A stretch of DNA of 64,000 nt from positions 16,959-80,958 of the forward strand of contig JBFJOC010000003.1 in assembly GCA_041617855.1 (NCBI GenBank), read 5' to 3'. The notes under the pieces are model-generated. The model had not been told where the DNA came from. It did no database searches and worked only from the letters and a program-made list of their open reading frames with translations. Position 1 is the stretch's first letter, and every line of letters begins with the position of its first letter. Below, in pieces: positions 48,472 to 59,298 of the stretch. The DNA is from Woeseiaceae bacterium. GTDB taxonomy: Bacteria > Pseudomonadota > Gammaproteobacteria > Steroidobacterales > Woeseiaceae. A program made the translations under genes and the position numbers.

Positions 48472-49482
48472 TCACCCTAGTTTGCGGATCCCGATCGCTT
48501 CCCTTATTTCCGCGAGATACGGCACCGCAAGCCCGCGCGCCTTCGCCGCACCTTTCTTCAGCTCGGCTTCGACGACTTTCGGATCTGCTATGAGTCGGTC
48601 GTATTCGTCTCGCGCCGGCCTTACCTGTTCGTTAATGTGCTCGAACAAAATCTGCTTCATCTCGCCCCAGGCGATACCGTCGGCGTAACGCTGCGCCATT
48701 TCCTGCGTTTCGTCCGGAGTTGCAAAGGCTTTGTAAATATCGAACAGCGTGCTGTCGTTCGGATCCTTTGGTTGACCCGGCTCCAGACTGTTCGTCTTGA
48801 TCTTCATGATCAGCTTGCGCAGGCGCTTCTCCGGGGCAAACAGCGGGATCGTGTTGTTATAGCTTTTCGACATCTTGCGCCCGTCCAGACCCTTCAATAC
48901 GGCCGTATTCTCACCGATTACTGCCTCGGGCAGCACGAACGTTTCACCATAATGATGGTTGAAGCGCTGTGCGATATCCCTGGCCATCTCGACGTGCTGC
49001 TTCTGATCCTGCCCCACCGGCACTTTTGTCGACTTGAACATCAGTATGTCGGCAGCCATCAGGATCGGATAACAATACAGTGCCATCGTGATGCCCCTGT
49101 CCGGATCGCTGTTCCCGCGCTCCTCGTTCGTCGCCACCGCCGCCTTGTACGAATGCGCGCGATTCATGAGGCCTTTGGCCGTCATGCCAGTCAGAATCCA
49201 GGTCAGCTCGAGTATCTCCGGGATGTCCGACTGCCGGTAGAAGAACGCATGGTCGGTATCGAGGCCGAGTGCAAGCCACGAGGCCGCAATTTCGAGCGTC
49301 GAGCGCACGATCTTGTCCGGGTCCTCGTTCTTGGCCAGGGAATGATAGTCCGCCAAAAAATAAAAATGCCGCGTGCGGACGTCCTTGCTCGCCTCGATAC
49401 CGGGGCGGATCGCGCCGACATAGTTGCCGATATGGGGCGTACCGGTCGTCGTGATACCGGTCAGGTACGTTTCTTCAGTCAT
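48472..49482 (-). CDS. trpS: Tryptophan--tRNA ligase
   Basis: 336-aa ORF with a HIGH-type motif (GTPHIGNYVG) and a KMSKS motif. Confidence 0.95.
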   Translation of the reverse strand: MTEETYLTGITTTGTPHIGNYVGAIRPGIEASKDVRTRHFYFLADYHSLAKNEDPDKIVRSTLEIAASWLALGLDTDHAFFYRQSDIPEILELTWILTGMTAKGLMNRAHSYKAAVATNEERGNSDPDRGITMALYCYPILMAADILMFKSTKVPVGQDQKQHVEMARDIAQRFNHHYGETFVLPEAVIGENTAVLKGLDGRKMSKSYNNTIPLFAPEKRLRKLIMKIKTNSLEPGQPKDPNDSTLFDIYKAFATPDETQEMAQRYADGIAWGEMKQILFEHINEQVRPARDEYDRLIADPKVVEAELKKGAAKARGLAVPYLAEIREAIGIRKLG

Positions 49483-49488
49483 GCTCTC

Positions 49489-51204
49489 TCAGTAACCCGC
49501 GGCCTGGCCGTCCTTGCGAACCTCCGACGCACCATAGTACACGCCATTCGCCGCGTCCCACATGATCGCCTGATAGCCCCCAAAACCACCGTCGGTCTCG
49601 CCCAGCCGGTGGCCCAGGGCCGCGAGCGCCGCTCGGGTTTCGGCGCTGAACCCGGACTCTAGATTGACGACGCCTCCGTCGGTCATCACTTCGCCCGTAG
49701 GCTGTGAGGAGCCGGCATGACGGATCCGTCCCGCATCCCCGGCCTCCTGCAGGTTCATGCCGAAATCGAGCATATTGACGATGATCTGGACATGCCCCTG
49801 TGGCTGCATCGCGCCGCCCATCACCCCGAAGCTCATTAGCGGCTTGCCGTCCTGCATGATGAATGCCGGTATGATCGTGTGAAACGGGCGCTTGCCGGGC
49901 GCTACGACGTTCGGATGTTCAGGGTCTAGACTGAATAACTCTGCCCGATCCTGCAGCACGAAGCCGAGATCGCCAGGCGTCATCCCTGAGCCCATACCTC
50001 GGTAATTACTCTGGATAAGTGACACGATGTTGCCTTCGTGATCTGCAACGGTGAGGTATATCGTGTCGCCGTCTTCCAGAGGCGCGTCGCCCGGCGGATA
50101 ATTCTTCGCAGCGCGCTCGAGCGAGATGAGTTCGCGGCGTGCGCGCGCGTAGTCCTTGGAGATCAGCCATTCCACCGGCACGTTCGCGAAAGCGGTATCC
50201 GCGTAAAATCTTGCGCGATCTTCGTAGGCCAATTTCTTCGCCTCGACGAAGACGTGCACGTACTCGGCGCTGCCAAATCCCATAGCGGCGAGGTCGAAGC
50301 CCTCGAGGATATTGAGCATCTGCAGCGCCGCAATGCCCTGCCCGTTCGGCGGCAGCTCGTAGACATCCCAACCACGGTAACTGGTCGATACCGGCGTCAC
50401 CCACTCGGACGCATGGCCCGCAAGATCATCGTAGCGCAACAGGCCGCCGTGCTCAGTCATGTAGGCGTCTATCTTGCGCGCGATTTCTCCTCGATAAAAC
50501 GCGTCACGCCCGTCATCTGCCAGCGCGGCATAGGTGCGGGCCAGCCGAGGATTACGGAACATCTCGCCTTTTTCGGGCGTTCTGCCGTCCGGCATAAAAG
50601 TCTCGGCAAATCCCGGGAATCCGCTGCGCCGCCGGGCATTGATCTCCATGGCATGAGCGATCACCTCCGAAACCGGGAAGCCTTCGTTTGCGTAGCGGAT
50701 CGCGGGCGCGAGTATGTCCCGCATCGGGAGCCTGCCGTAGCGCCCGTGCAGTTCGAACCAGCCGTCGACTGCACCCGGGACGCTCACGGGTAGCGGCCCG
50801 TACGGCGGTATGCGGTCGATGCCGCGGCCGCGGAAGTAGTCGAGCGTCATGAGCGCCGGCGCGCGGCCGGAAGCGTTGAGCCCCGTCAGTTCCTTTTTGC
50901 CGGCGTCCCAGACGATCGCGAACAGGTCGCCGCCGATGCCGCAGCCCGTGGGCTCCATGAGGCCGAGCGCCGCGTTTGCCGCGATTGCGGCGTCGACCGC
51001 GGAGCCGCCGGCCTTGAGTATGTCCAGCGCGATCTGCGTTGCTAACGGCTGACTCGTCGCGGCCATGCCGTGCGGTGCGATTACTTCGGATCGCGACGCG
51101 AACTCGCGCCCGGTGATCCGGTCGTAGCCCGGTTCCGATGCCGCCAAGATAGAGCCTCCCGATATCAGCACCAGGCTGACAACCCAGGCCCGACGCGGAT
51201 GCAT
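49489..51204 (-). CDS. ggt: Gamma-glutamyltransferase
   Basis: 571-aa ORF with a signal peptide and an autoprocessing region (DTIYLTVADHEGNIVSLIQSNY) typical of GGT. Confidence 0.93.
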   Translation of the reverse strand: MHPRRAWVVSLVLISGGSILAASEPGYDRITGREFASRSEVIAPHGMAATSQPLATQIALDILKAGGSAVDAAIAANAALGLMEPTGCGIGGDLFAIVWDAGKKELTGLNASGRAPALMTLDYFRGRGIDRIPPYGPLPVSVPGAVDGWFELHGRYGRLPMRDILAPAIRYANEGFPVSEVIAHAMEINARRRSGFPGFAETFMPDGRTPEKGEMFRNPRLARTYAALADDGRDAFYRGEIARKIDAYMTEHGGLLRYDDLAGHASEWVTPVSTSYRGWDVYELPPNGQGIAALQMLNILEGFDLAAMGFGSAEYVHVFVEAKKLAYEDRARFYADTAFANVPVEWLISKDYARARRELISLERAAKNYPPGDAPLEDGDTIYLTVADHEGNIVSLIQSNYRGMGSGMTPGDLGFVLQDRAELFSLDPEHPNVVAPGKRPFHTIIPAFIMQDGKPLMSFGVMGGAMQPQGHVQIIVNMLDFGMNLQEAGDAGRIRHAGSSQPTGEVMTDGGVVNLESGFSAETRAALAALGHRLGETDGGFGGYQAIMWDAANGVYYGASEVRKDGQAAGY

Positions 51205-51313
51205 GCCTTCGCCCCTCGAGGTCGAGAGGGGCCCAATGATGCCTAGATTGGCGGGGGATTGAAACTCGCGCGGCTTGTCGCAGCCGGCACGGCGCGCGGG
51301 GTATCATGCACCG

Positions 51314-52663
51314 ATGAAAGAAGATTTCAGCGACCGCAATCCGGAACTGGCGGCGCTGTACGCGCAACATATCGAGACCGTCGCCAGACGCCACGATCAT
51401 GCGCTCGAGATCGGCGGCGCGAGCCACGCAGTCGTGTTTTCAGGTGCCGTCAAGTACGCATTTCTCGACGACCGGCCGTATCCGTTCAAGGCGAATCCAC
51501 ATTTTCTCGGCTGGCTGCCGTTAAGCCGTCTGCCGATGTCCTATATCGTTTATACGCCTAGCCAAAAACCGAAGCTGATCTATTACCAGCCGCACGACTA
51601 CTGGCACGTCACGCCCGGTTCGCCCGATGGCTACTGGACCGAATTTTTCGACATCCGGATCGTCCACGACGTCGACGAAATCCCCCAACATCTGACCCCC
51701 GATCGCGAAAAATGCATCCTGCTCGGCGAGGTCGATGATGTCGCGCATGCCCTCGGCATCGAACGCGTCAATCCCAAATCCGTTCTGAACTCGCTGCACT
51801 TTTCCCGCGCCAGCAAAACCGGCTATGAGCTCGAGTGCATGCGGCTTGCTAACCAGCGCGCGGCACGCGGCCATATCGCGGCCGCCGCAGCGTTTCGCAA
51901 GCATGCATCCGAATACGCCATACACCGCGCATACTGCGAAGCCGTGAGCCACACGGACGAAGAGCTGCCGTATGGAAATATCATCGCGCTGAACGAACAC
52001 GGCGCCGTGCTGCACTATACGGATTTGGATCGAAACCCGCCTCGCGAATTTCGCTCGTTCCTGATCGACGCGGGCGCTCAGGTACATGGCTATGCGGCCG
52101 ATATCACGCGGACGTACTCGTTCGGCGACAAGCATTTTCAGGCCGTCATCGAAAGACTCGACATCATGCAGCGCGAACTCGTCGGTCGCGTGCACGCAGG
52201 TATCAGCTTTCGCGACCTGCATATTGTCGCGCATCGTCTGCTCGCCGTGGTGCTCGTCGACGTGGACCTGGCATCGGGTTCCGTCGACAGTCTAGTGAAC
52301 ACCGGCGTGACCGCGGCATTTTTCCCGCATGGCCTCGGTCATCTGCTCGGGCTGCAGGTCCATGATGTCGGCGGTTTCATGGCCGATGAGCACGGAACCC
52401 GTGTCGATCCGCCGAGCGGACACCCCTACCTGCGTCTGACCCGATCGCTCGAAAAAGACATGGTCATAACGGTCGAACCGGGTCTCTATGCGATCGATAT
52501 GCTGCTGGAGAACCTCAAAAATTCGCCCGCGGAAAAGCATGTGAACTGGGACACCGTCGCCTGGCTGAGACGCTTCGGTGGTATCCGCATCGAGGACGAT
52601 GTGCGGGTCGACACGGACAGCTGCGAGAACCTGACGCGAGACGCATTCGCCGCACTCACCTGA
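51314..52663 (+). CDS. pepQ: Xaa-Pro dipeptidase
   Basis: Start set to ATG 51314 (MKEDFSDRNPELAALYAQHIETV..). FLDDRPYPFKANPHF matches my recollection of E. coli PepQ (FLDDHPYPFKVNPQF). The M24 metal-ligand region HGLGH is present. Confidence 0.9.
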   Translation: MKEDFSDRNPELAALYAQHIETVARRHDHALEIGGASHAVVFSGAVKYAFLDDRPYPFKANPHFLGWLPLSRLPMSYIVYTPSQKPKLIYYQPHDYWHVTPGSPDGYWTEFFDIRIVHDVDEIPQHLTPDREKCILLGEVDDVAHALGIERVNPKSVLNSLHFSRASKTGYELECMRLANQRAARGHIAAAAAFRKHASEYAIHRAYCEAVSHTDEELPYGNIIALNEHGAVLHYTDLDRNPPREFRSFLIDAGAQVHGYAADITRTYSFGDKHFQAVIERLDIMQRELVGRVHAGISFRDLHIVAHRLLAVVLVDVDLASGSVDSLVNTGVTAAFFPHGLGHLLGLQVHDVGGFMADEHGTRVDPPSGHPYLRLTRSLEKDMVITVEPGLYAIDMLLENLKNSPAEKHVNWDTVAWLRRFGGIRIEDDVRVDTDSCENLTRDAFAALT

Positions 52664-52718
52664 TCCAAGAACTCTGGTCGACGCGGTCGCGATTCCGAGA
52701 ATCGCCAGCGGATACCGG

Positions 52719-53555
52719 TCAGGTCGGCGGCTTCGGCTCGCCCTTCAGCCGGGCCTTGAGCTCGCGCTTCGTTTTCGCACCCCGGCGCTCCAGCGCAGGC
52801 CGGACCATGCGGCCGAGCCACGGCATCAAATACGTAAACATCGTCAGAACGCCACTCAGTCGCGGCATTGACTGCTCGAGCACGTTGTTGCCGCACAGAT
52901 CCAGAATCGACTGCGCCACGTCCTCCGCGGTCGTGATCGGCTGCGAAAAAGTCAGGTCGGAGACGGCATCGATATCCGACATGATAAAACCCGTATCGAT
53001 CGGACCCGGTGACACGATTGCAACTTTGATGTTTGCGCCGGCGAGCTCTTCGGACAGCGAATACGTGAACGAGCGCAGCCCGGCCTTGCTGGCTGCATAC
53101 GTCGCGCTGCCCGGCACCGGCGTGCGGCCGGCCAGCGAGCCCACGTTGACGATGGCGCCCCCACCCGCTTCACGAATGTAAGGCAGCGCCAGGCGGGTCA
53201 GCATGATAGGTGCCTTGAGATTCACCTCGATCATGCGCCCGAGATCGGCTGGATCTACCGCATCGACCGGGCCGCGCTGGTGATAACCGGCGTTATTGAT
53301 CAGGACGTCGATACGGTCATATTCGAATTGCGTCTTCTTGAACAGATCGACGCACGCATCGGGATCCGCGACGTCCATCGCGAACAGCTGCACCTGGGTT
53401 TTGTCACGGACTTCTTCGGCAATTGCCTCGAGTTTTTTCTTGCCTCGCGCGACGAGCATCAGATTGGCGCCAGCCTCCGCAAACAGTCTCGCAGTCGCGG
53501 CGCCGACACCTTCGGATCCGCCCGTAATGATGACGGTCTTGTCGTTGAAAATCAT
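52719..53555 (-). CDS. SDR-family oxidoreductase
   Basis: 278-aa ORF with TGGSEGVG (TGxxxGxG), NNAG and YAASK motifs. Confidence 0.88.
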   Translation of the reverse strand: MIFNDKTVIITGGSEGVGAATARLFAEAGANLMLVARGKKKLEAIAEEVRDKTQVQLFAMDVADPDACVDLFKKTQFEYDRIDVLINNAGYHQRGPVDAVDPADLGRMIEVNLKAPIMLTRLALPYIREAGGGAIVNVGSLAGRTPVPGSATYAASKAGLRSFTYSLSEELAGANIKVAIVSPGPIDTGFIMSDIDAVSDLTFSQPITTAEDVAQSILDLCGNNVLEQSMPRLSGVLTMFTYLMPWLGRMVRPALERRGAKTKRELKARLKGEPKPPT

Positions 53556-53673
53556 CGGCGCATTCTATGCGATTGCGGCGCGTTTGTATCGGCCGTTTGT
53601 AAAACGCGATTCAAGACAGCCCGCGATCGTACGTAGTTCGATGCACCTGGTCGCGAAGAGCGACTTCGAATCG

Positions 53674-53955
53674 TCAGAAACCGAAGTAGGAAATGATCTT
53701 TCGCCAGAGAGAGGTTTCCCAACCGTATACTTCGAGGAGTTCCGGATCGAGCCCGATGTCCGGGAGCGCCGTCAGCGCTAGCACAGGGTCATTGGCAGCG
53801 ACGTCGTCAGGGCGCAGGTCGAGCCGACCGGTCTTATCCTCGGCCGGGCTCGTCAGCCCGTCCACGGCGAGCGTCGGGTAGGGGAGCACCTCGTCGTCGA
53901 CGATATCGTCCAGAAAGACGGCGTCCGGGTCGAAGGCCTCGCTCGACAGGATCAT
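53674..53955 (-). CDS. Hypothetical highly acidic 93-aa protein
   Basis: ORF rich in D/E with a hydrophobic C-terminus (SLWRKIISYFGF). There is no recognisable domain and no clear SD, so coding status is uncertain. Confidence 0.35.
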   Translation of the reverse strand: MILSSEAFDPDAVFLDDIVDDEVLPYPTLAVDGLTSPAEDKTGRLDLRPDDVAANDPVLALTALPDIGLDPELLEVYGWETSLWRKIISYFGF

Positions 53956-54041
53956 GCAGTCATCGAATGCTTCTTCGCTACTGATGGTCGGCTCCGCAGG
54001 AACTCGCTAGAAAAACGATACTCCGCCCGTCCCGAAATTGC

Positions 54042-54108
54042 TGTGAGCGGACTCACAACCGCGGGAACGGGGCTGCAGGGCAAATGCCGGCGACTCCTGC
54101 CGGGCATT
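54042..54108 (-). terminator. Two hairpins downstream of rplQ (candidate operon terminator region)
   Basis: At 54082-54108 the minus strand reads AAUGCCCGGC-AGGAGUC-GCCGGCAUU, with one bulged C. At 54042-54057 there is a perfect palindrome TGTGAG-CGGA-CTCACA, followed on the minus strand by GCAAUUUCGGG. Confidence 0.35.
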
Positions 54109-54216
54109 CGGGCCCGATACGGGCCTCTGTCGTTATCTGAAAGACACCGGCGTCTGAAACCGGCGCGACTGCGGACTATCATCGCGCCGCGCGCCGATAC
54201 TTGTCCGCGCAGTCAG

Positions 54217-54600
54217 CTATTCCGCCTCTGCCTCCGGTGCTCCCGCCTGCTCGGTAAGCATCACGATCGCCATTGGCGCGGCGTCGCCCGGGCGCGGGCC
54301 GGTTTTCAGGATTCTCAGGTAACCACCCGGGCGATCCTTGAACCGGGGACCAAGCTCCGTAAAAAGCTTGCCGACGACCTCCTTGTCGCGGAGCCGGCTG
54401 AAGGCCAGCCGCCGATTCGCAACGCTGTCTTCCCTGGCCAACGTGATGAGAGGCTCGACGACGCGACGCAGTTCCTTTGCCTTGGGGACTGTCGTACGAA
54501 TCGTCTCGTGCTTCAGAATCGACGTCGCCATATTCCGAAACATCGCCTTGCGATGCGAGCTGTTACGGCCGAGCCGGCGACCGCTTTTTCTGTGGCGCAT
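54217..54600 (-). CDS. rplQ: 50S ribosomal protein L17
   Basis: 127-aa [27 protein letters not shown]... Last gene of the alpha operon. Confidence 0.97.
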   Translation of the reverse strand: MRHRKSGRRLGRNSSHRKAMFRNMATSILKHETIRTTVPKAKELRRVVEPLITLAREDSVANRRLAFSRLRDKEVVGKLFTELGPRFKDRPGGYLRILKTGPRPGDAAPMAIVMLTEQAGAPEAEAE

Positions 54601-54624
54601 GATCTTTGTCCTATCGTCAAACGA

Positions 54625-55626
54625 TTACAGGGTCAGCTCGTGTTCCGGCCTGAGACTCGCGGGCGGCCAGTTCTCGAGGCGCATTCCGAGTCCGAGACCG
54701 TGCCCCTCGAGCACTTCCTTGATCTCCGTCAGCGACTTTTTGCCAAGATTCGGCGTACGCAAGAGCTCAACTTCGGTGCGCTGCACGAGATCGCCGATGT
54801 ACATGATGTTTTCTGCCTTTAGACAGTTCGCCGAGCGAACCGTCAATTCCAGCTCGTCGACCGGGCGCAACAGTATTGGATCGACCTGATCCTGGGCCTG
54901 GGCGCCAGCGCCTTCTTCCTGTCCCTGGAGATCGACGAATACGGACAGCTGATCCCTCAGGATGCTGCCCGCGCGACGAATCGCCTCTTCCGGATCGATA
55001 GTGCCGTTCGTCTCGATTTCGATGATCAGCTTGTCGAGATCCGTGCGCTGCTCAACGCGCGCGGCCTCGACATTGTAGGTCACGCGCTGTACCGGGCTGA
55101 ACGACGCGTCGAGCTGCAGTCGGCCGATCGGGCCGGCCTGTTCTTCGAACGCGGGACGCTGAGTCGCCGGCCGATAGCCGCGTCCGCGCTCGACCCTGAG
55201 AATCATATTTAGTTCGCCGAGGCTCGTCAGATTTGCGATCACGAGCTCAGGATTCATGATTTCCACATCGTGGTCGAGCTGGATATCTGCGCCGGTTACC
55301 ATGCCGGGGCCACGCTTCGAGATGCGCAGTTCCGCCGTGTCACGCGTATTCATGCGCACGGCAACCTGCTTGAGGTTTAGCAGTATTTCGACGACGTCCT
55401 CCTGAACGCCTTCGATGCTTGTGTATTCGTGCAGCACGCCGTCAATCTCGGCCTCTGTGATTGCGGCGCCCGGCATCGACGACAGCAGGATGCGACGTAG
55501 CGCGTTCCCCAGCGTGTGACCAAAGCCGCGCTCGAATGGTTCAATAACGATCTTTGCAAGGAGATCGCTGACGGGCGTCACTTTGACGACGCGTGGTTTC
55601 AGAAAATCGTGTACTGATTCCTGCAT
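54625..55626 (-). CDS. rpoA: DNA-directed RNA polymerase subunit alpha
   Basis: 333-aa ORF with conserved N- and C-terminal domains (..[23 protein letters not shown]..). Confidence 0.97.
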   Translation of the reverse strand: MQESVHDFLKPRVVKVTPVSDLLAKIVIEPFERGFGHTLGNALRRILLSSMPGAAITEAEIDGVLHEYTSIEGVQEDVVEILLNLKQVAVRMNTRDTAELRISKRGPGMVTGADIQLDHDVEIMNPELVIANLTSLGELNMILRVERGRGYRPATQRPAFEEQAGPIGRLQLDASFSPVQRVTYNVEAARVEQRTDLDKLIIEIETNGTIDPEEAIRRAGSILRDQLSVFVDLQGQEEGAGAQAQDQVDPILLRPVDELELTVRSANCLKAENIMYIGDLVQRTEVELLRTPNLGKKSLTEIKEVLEGHGLGLGMRLENWPPASLRPEHELTL

Positions 55627-55648
55627 GAGTAAATACCTTCCTGATTTC

Positions 55649-56269
55649 TTACTTGGAGTACAACTCGACGACGAGATTCTCGTTGATGTCGGGAAGAATT
55701 TCCTCCCGATCCGGCAACGATTTCAAAGTACCCGCCATCTTTTTCGCGTCCACTTCGACCCATTCGGGCAGGCCGACCTGGCTGGCAATATCGATTGCGC
55801 TTTGAATGCGGAGCTGCTTGCGTGCCTTCTCCCGGACGCTGACTGAATCGCCGGCTTTCACCTGGGCCGAGGGGATGTTAACGACCTTGCCGTTGACCTC
55901 GATACTCTTGTGGCTCACGAGCTGCCGAGCCTCGGCGCGGGTGGCCGCAAATCCCATGCGATAGACGACATTATCCAGACGTCCCTCTAGAAGTCGCAGC
56001 AAATTCTCGCCGGTCGAGCCCTTGAGCTGCGCGGCGCGCTTGTAATAATTGCGAAACTGACGTTCCAGCACGCCATACATGCGGCGCAGTTTCTGCTTCT
56101 CGCGCAGCTGCATGCCGTAGTCGGACAGGCGCGGCCGGCGCTGCGCCGCGCCCCCGGGCGGAATCTCGAGTCGACACTTCGTCTCCAGCGGGCGCACGCC
56201 GCTCTTCAAGAACAGGTCCGTGCCTTCACGGCGGGACAGTTTGCATTTGGGTCCTAAATATCTAGCCAT
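55649..56269 (-). CDS. rpsD: 30S ribosomal protein S4
   Basis: 206-aa [27 protein letters not shown]... Confidence 0.97.
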   Translation of the reverse strand: MARYLGPKCKLSRREGTDLFLKSGVRPLETKCRLEIPPGGAAQRRPRLSDYGMQLREKQKLRRMYGVLERQFRNYYKRAAQLKGSTGENLLRLLEGRLDNVVYRMGFAATRAEARQLVSHKSIEVNGKVVNIPSAQVKAGDSVSVREKARKQLRIQSAIDIASQVGLPEWVEVDAKKMAGTLKSLPDREEILPDINENLVVELYSK

Positions 56270-56279
56270 TCGTAAGCCT

Positions 56280-56660
56280 CTACACGCGACGCTTTTTCGG
56301 CGGGCGACAGCCGTTATGGGGAATCGGCGTGACGTCCTCGATGTTCTGAATGCGGAAGCCCAGCGCGTTCAGGGCGCGAACCGCCGACTCGCGGCCCGGA
56401 CCGGGTCCGCGAACGCGAACGTCGAGATTCTTCACACCGAAGTCGAGCGCGGTTCGCCCCGCTTTCTCACTGGCGACCTGTGCAGCAAATGGCGTCGATT
56501 TTCGCGATCCGCGAAAACCGCAGCCGCCGGCGGTCGCCCACGAGAGGGCATTGCCCTGACGATCGGTGATCGTGATGATCGTATTGTTGAAGGACGCATG
56601 GATGTGCGCTATCGCGTCAACTACATGCTTTTTGACCTTCTTTTTCTTTACTTCTGCCAA
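56280..56660 (-). CDS. rpsK: 30S ribosomal protein S11
   Basis: 126-aa ORF ..[30 protein letters not shown].. Confidence 0.97.
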   Translation of the reverse strand: MAEVKKKKVKKHVVDAIAHIHASFNNTIITITDRQGNALSWATAGGCGFRGSRKSTPFAAQVASEKAGRTALDFGVKNLDVRVRGPGPGRESAVRALNALGFRIQNIEDVTPIPHNGCRPPKKRRV

Positions 56661-56720
56661 TTCTGGCTCCTCGCTTGTTTACTCGCCGGTAGAGGCAATC
56701 GGCCCAAGTGCCCGAAGCTG

Positions 56721-57077
56721 CTACCGCTTGATTGGTCGTCGTGGCCCTTTCCTTGTACGGGCATTCGTGCGCGTCCGCTGACCCCGGAGCGGCAAGCCGC
56801 GGCGGTGCCGGATGCCACGGTAGCAGCCTAAGTCCATCAGCCGCTTAATATTCATCGACACTTCACGCCGAAGGTCGCCCTCCACCGTGAAACTGCCGAC
56901 CGCCGTTCGCAATTTGGCGACCTCGGGTTCTGCAAGATCCTTGACATGCGTCTGCGGATCGATGCCCGCCGCCGCACAGATCTGCCGGGCGCGCGAACGT
57001 CCGATACCGTAGATGGACATCAGTCCGACCACGATGTGCTTGTTCAACGGGATATTGATGCCTGCTATACGTGCCAC
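56721..57077 (-). CDS. rpsM: 30S ribosomal protein S13
   Basis: 118-aa [17 protein letters not shown]... Confidence 0.97.
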   Translation of the reverse strand: MARIAGINIPLNKHIVVGLMSIYGIGRSRARQICAAAGIDPQTHVKDLAEPEVAKLRTAVGSFTVEGDLRREVSMNIKRLMDLGCYRGIRHRRGLPLRGQRTRTNARTRKGPRRPIKR

Positions 57078-57114
57078 GTAGTTATTCCTTAAGCCCTGCC
57101 GATGTATTCATTGC

Positions 57115-57228
57115 CTAGCCCTGACGCTGCTTATGACGTGCGTCCGTGCAGATCACGCGCACCACACCGTGGCGGCGTATGATCTTGCAATTCCTGCACA
57201 TTTTCTTAACGGAAGCTCTTACCTTCAT
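57115..57228 (-). CDS. rpmJ: 50S ribosomal protein L36 (zinc-binding C+ form)
   Basis: This gene is below the track size cut-off. My translation of the minus strand from ATG 57228 gives [37 protein letters not shown], stopping at TAG 57117-57115. It lies between secY and rpsM as expected. Confidence 0.93.
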   Translation of the reverse strand: MKVRASVKKMCRNCKIIRRHGVVRVICTDARHKQRQG

Positions 57229-57256
57229 GAGCGTTCTCCAGTGTCTGCCGACCGCG

Positions 57257-58618
57257 TCAGCGTAACTGCCCTCCGCGGCCGTAATTGCGCAAATTTGCTT
57301 TTTGCATCATGCCCTCGTACTGATGGCTCATCGCGTGCGCCTGCATCTGCGACATGAAATCCATCGTTACGACGACGAGGATCAGGAGTGACGTGCCGCC
57401 GAAGCTGAACGGCATGCTCGGATAAAACATGCGCACCAGCTCGGGCAGAAGGCACACGCCGGCAATGTAAATTGCTCCCCAAAAGGTCAAGCGTGTCAGT
57501 ACCTTATCGATATAGTCGGCGGTTTGTGCGCCGGGCCGTATGCCGGGTACGAATGCCCCAGAGCGCTTCAGGTTATCGGCCGTGTCCTTCGAGTTGAACA
57601 TCAATGCCGTATAGAAAAAGCAGAAGAAAATGATCAGCGCCGCGTATAGAAGCACGTACACCGGCTGTCCCGGACCCATGTTCGCACCGATCGTCTGCAG
57701 CATACGCTGCGCCGCATTGGGCTCTGCCGCCTGACCGAAAAACTGTGCGATCGTCGCGGGAAACATCAGAATACTCGACGCGAAGATCGGCGGAATGACG
57801 CCGGACATGTTGATCTTGAACGGCAGGTGCGTGCTCTGCGCCTGGTACATCCGTCGACCCTGCTGGCGCCGCGCGTAATTTACGGCGATACGCCGCTGCG
57901 CGCGTTCCATGTAAACCACGAAAATGATCGCCGCAATGCCACCGAGCATCATCAGGATGGCCGTCGCAGGCGACATTTCACCGTTGCGCACCAGCTCGGC
58001 GGTACCCGCGACCGCCGCCGGCAGCCCCGCGACGATCCCGGCGAGAATCAGCATCGAGATGCCGTTGCCGACGCCGCGCTCCGTGATCTGCTCACCCAAC
58101 CACATGAGGAATACCGTACCCGTGACGAGCGTGATACAGGCCGTGATGAGGAACGCTGGTCCGGGATTCACGACCAGGCCCGGCTGATTCTGAAGCCACG
58201 ATGCCGCGGCGATGGACTGAAACGCCGCGAGCGCAACCGTGCCGTATCGCGTGTATTTGATGATCTGACGCCGGCCCTGTTCACCCTCCTTTCGAAGCTG
58301 CTGCAGACTCGGAAGAATGTGGCTCGCCATCTGCATGATGATCGACGACGAGATGTACGGCATGATGCCCATCGCGAATATCCCGAAGCGCGACAGCGCA
58401 CCGCCGGAAAACAGATTGAACATGCCGAGCAGATTCCCCGCCTGCTGTTCGAAGAAATCGGCGAGTGCGACAGGATCGACGCCCGGCACGGGTATATAGG
58501 TACCGATACGGAATACGATGAGCGCGCCGATGAGGAACAGGATCCTCGATTTGAGATCGGCCAGCTTGCTCGCCGCTTTCGCGATGTCCGCCGGATTTTG
58601 CTGAGGCTTTTTCGCCAC
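57257..58618 (-). CDS. secY: Preprotein translocase subunit SecY
   Basis: 453-aa polytopic ORF with a typical SecY sequence and spc-operon position. Confidence 0.97.
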   Translation of the reverse strand: MAKKPQQNPADIAKAASKLADLKSRILFLIGALIVFRIGTYIPVPGVDPVALADFFEQQAGNLLGMFNLFSGGALSRFGIFAMGIMPYISSSIIMQMASHILPSLQQLRKEGEQGRRQIIKYTRYGTVALAAFQSIAAASWLQNQPGLVVNPGPAFLITACITLVTGTVFLMWLGEQITERGVGNGISMLILAGIVAGLPAAVAGTAELVRNGEMSPATAILMMLGGIAAIIFVVYMERAQRRIAVNYARRQQGRRMYQAQSTHLPFKINMSGVIPPIFASSILMFPATIAQFFGQAAEPNAAQRMLQTIGANMGPGQPVYVLLYAALIIFFCFFYTALMFNSKDTADNLKRSGAFVPGIRPGAQTADYIDKVLTRLTFWGAIYIAGVCLLPELVRMFYPSMPFSFGGTSLLILVVVTMDFMSQMQAHAMSHQYEGMMQKANLRNYGRGGQLR

Positions 58619-58630
58619 GTGCTTTCCCGT

Positions 58631-59062
58631 TTACCCGATACTTCCGCCGGCCTTCTCGATGGCCTCGCGAGCGCCTTTCGTCACGGCGATACCCTTGAGC
58701 TTGACTGCCTTGTCGATTTCGCCGGACTTTATGACCTTGACCTTGGCGACGAATGCCGGCACGAGATTCGCTTTTTTCAGTACGTCCATGTCGATCACAT
58801 CCGCATCGGGGATCGCCAGCTCGTGCAGCCTGAGCTCGGCCGTCAGCCGGGCCTTGCGGGAACGAAAACCGACCTTCGGCAACCGCCGCTGCAGCGGCAT
58901 CTGGCCACCCTCGAACCCGACTTTGTGAAAACCGCCAGACCGCGAATGCTGGCCTTTTTGGCCACGCCCGCTCGTCTTGCCCTGTCCGGCCGCATGCCCG
59001 CGGCCGCGACGCTTGCCGGTCTTCTTAGCGCCCTTGCCAGGCGAAAGATCGTTGAGACGCAT
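58631..59062 (-). CDS. rplO: 50S ribosomal protein L15
   Basis: 143-aa [30 protein letters not shown]... Confidence 0.97.
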   Translation of the reverse strand: MRLNDLSPGKGAKKTGKRRGRGHAAGQGKTSGRGQKGQHSRSGGFHKVGFEGGQMPLQRRLPKVGFRSRKARLTAELRLHELAIPDADVIDMDVLKKANLVPAFVAKVKVIKSGEIDKAVKLKGIAVTKGAREAIEKAGGSIG

Positions 59063-59063
59063 G

Positions 59064-59252
59064 TCAGATTTCCTCTACCGCGACTAGGTATGAAATACGA
59101 TTGATCATGCCGCGATTCTCCGGCGTGTCCGCAACCGTCACGGACTGACGGATCTTGCGCAGTCCGAGGCCCGCAACGCAGGCCTTGTGGCTACGCAGCC
59201 GACCATGCTTGCTTTTTACCAGCGTCACTTTCAATTCTTTCGGCTTTGCCAT
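59064..59252 (-). CDS. rpmD: 50S ribosomal protein L30
   Basis: Internal ATG 59252 gives [59 protein letters not shown] (62 aa). The longer track ORF runs into rpsE. Confidence 0.95.
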   Translation of the reverse strand: MAKPKELKVTLVKSKHGRLRSHKACVAGLGLRKIRQSVTVADTPENRGMINRISYLVAVEEI

Positions 59253-59298
59253 GATTTCGTCTCTGGTATCACCCGAATGCCGGTACCCCGCCGACCCT

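Noticed and set aside
50552-51427. 291-aa minus-strand ORF overlapping ggt
   Set aside because: It is out of frame with ggt on the same strand and has Arg-rich junk composition.
52689-52705. GCGATTC-CGA-GAATCGC hairpin between convergent pepQ and the SDR gene
   Set aside because: It is a 7-bp stem with a minimal 3-nt loop and no flanking U/A tracts. It is possibly a weak bidirectional terminator, but it is not supportable from sequence alone.
57827-59104. 425-aa plus-strand ORF
   Set aside because: It is antisense to secY and rplO in the middle of the spc operon.
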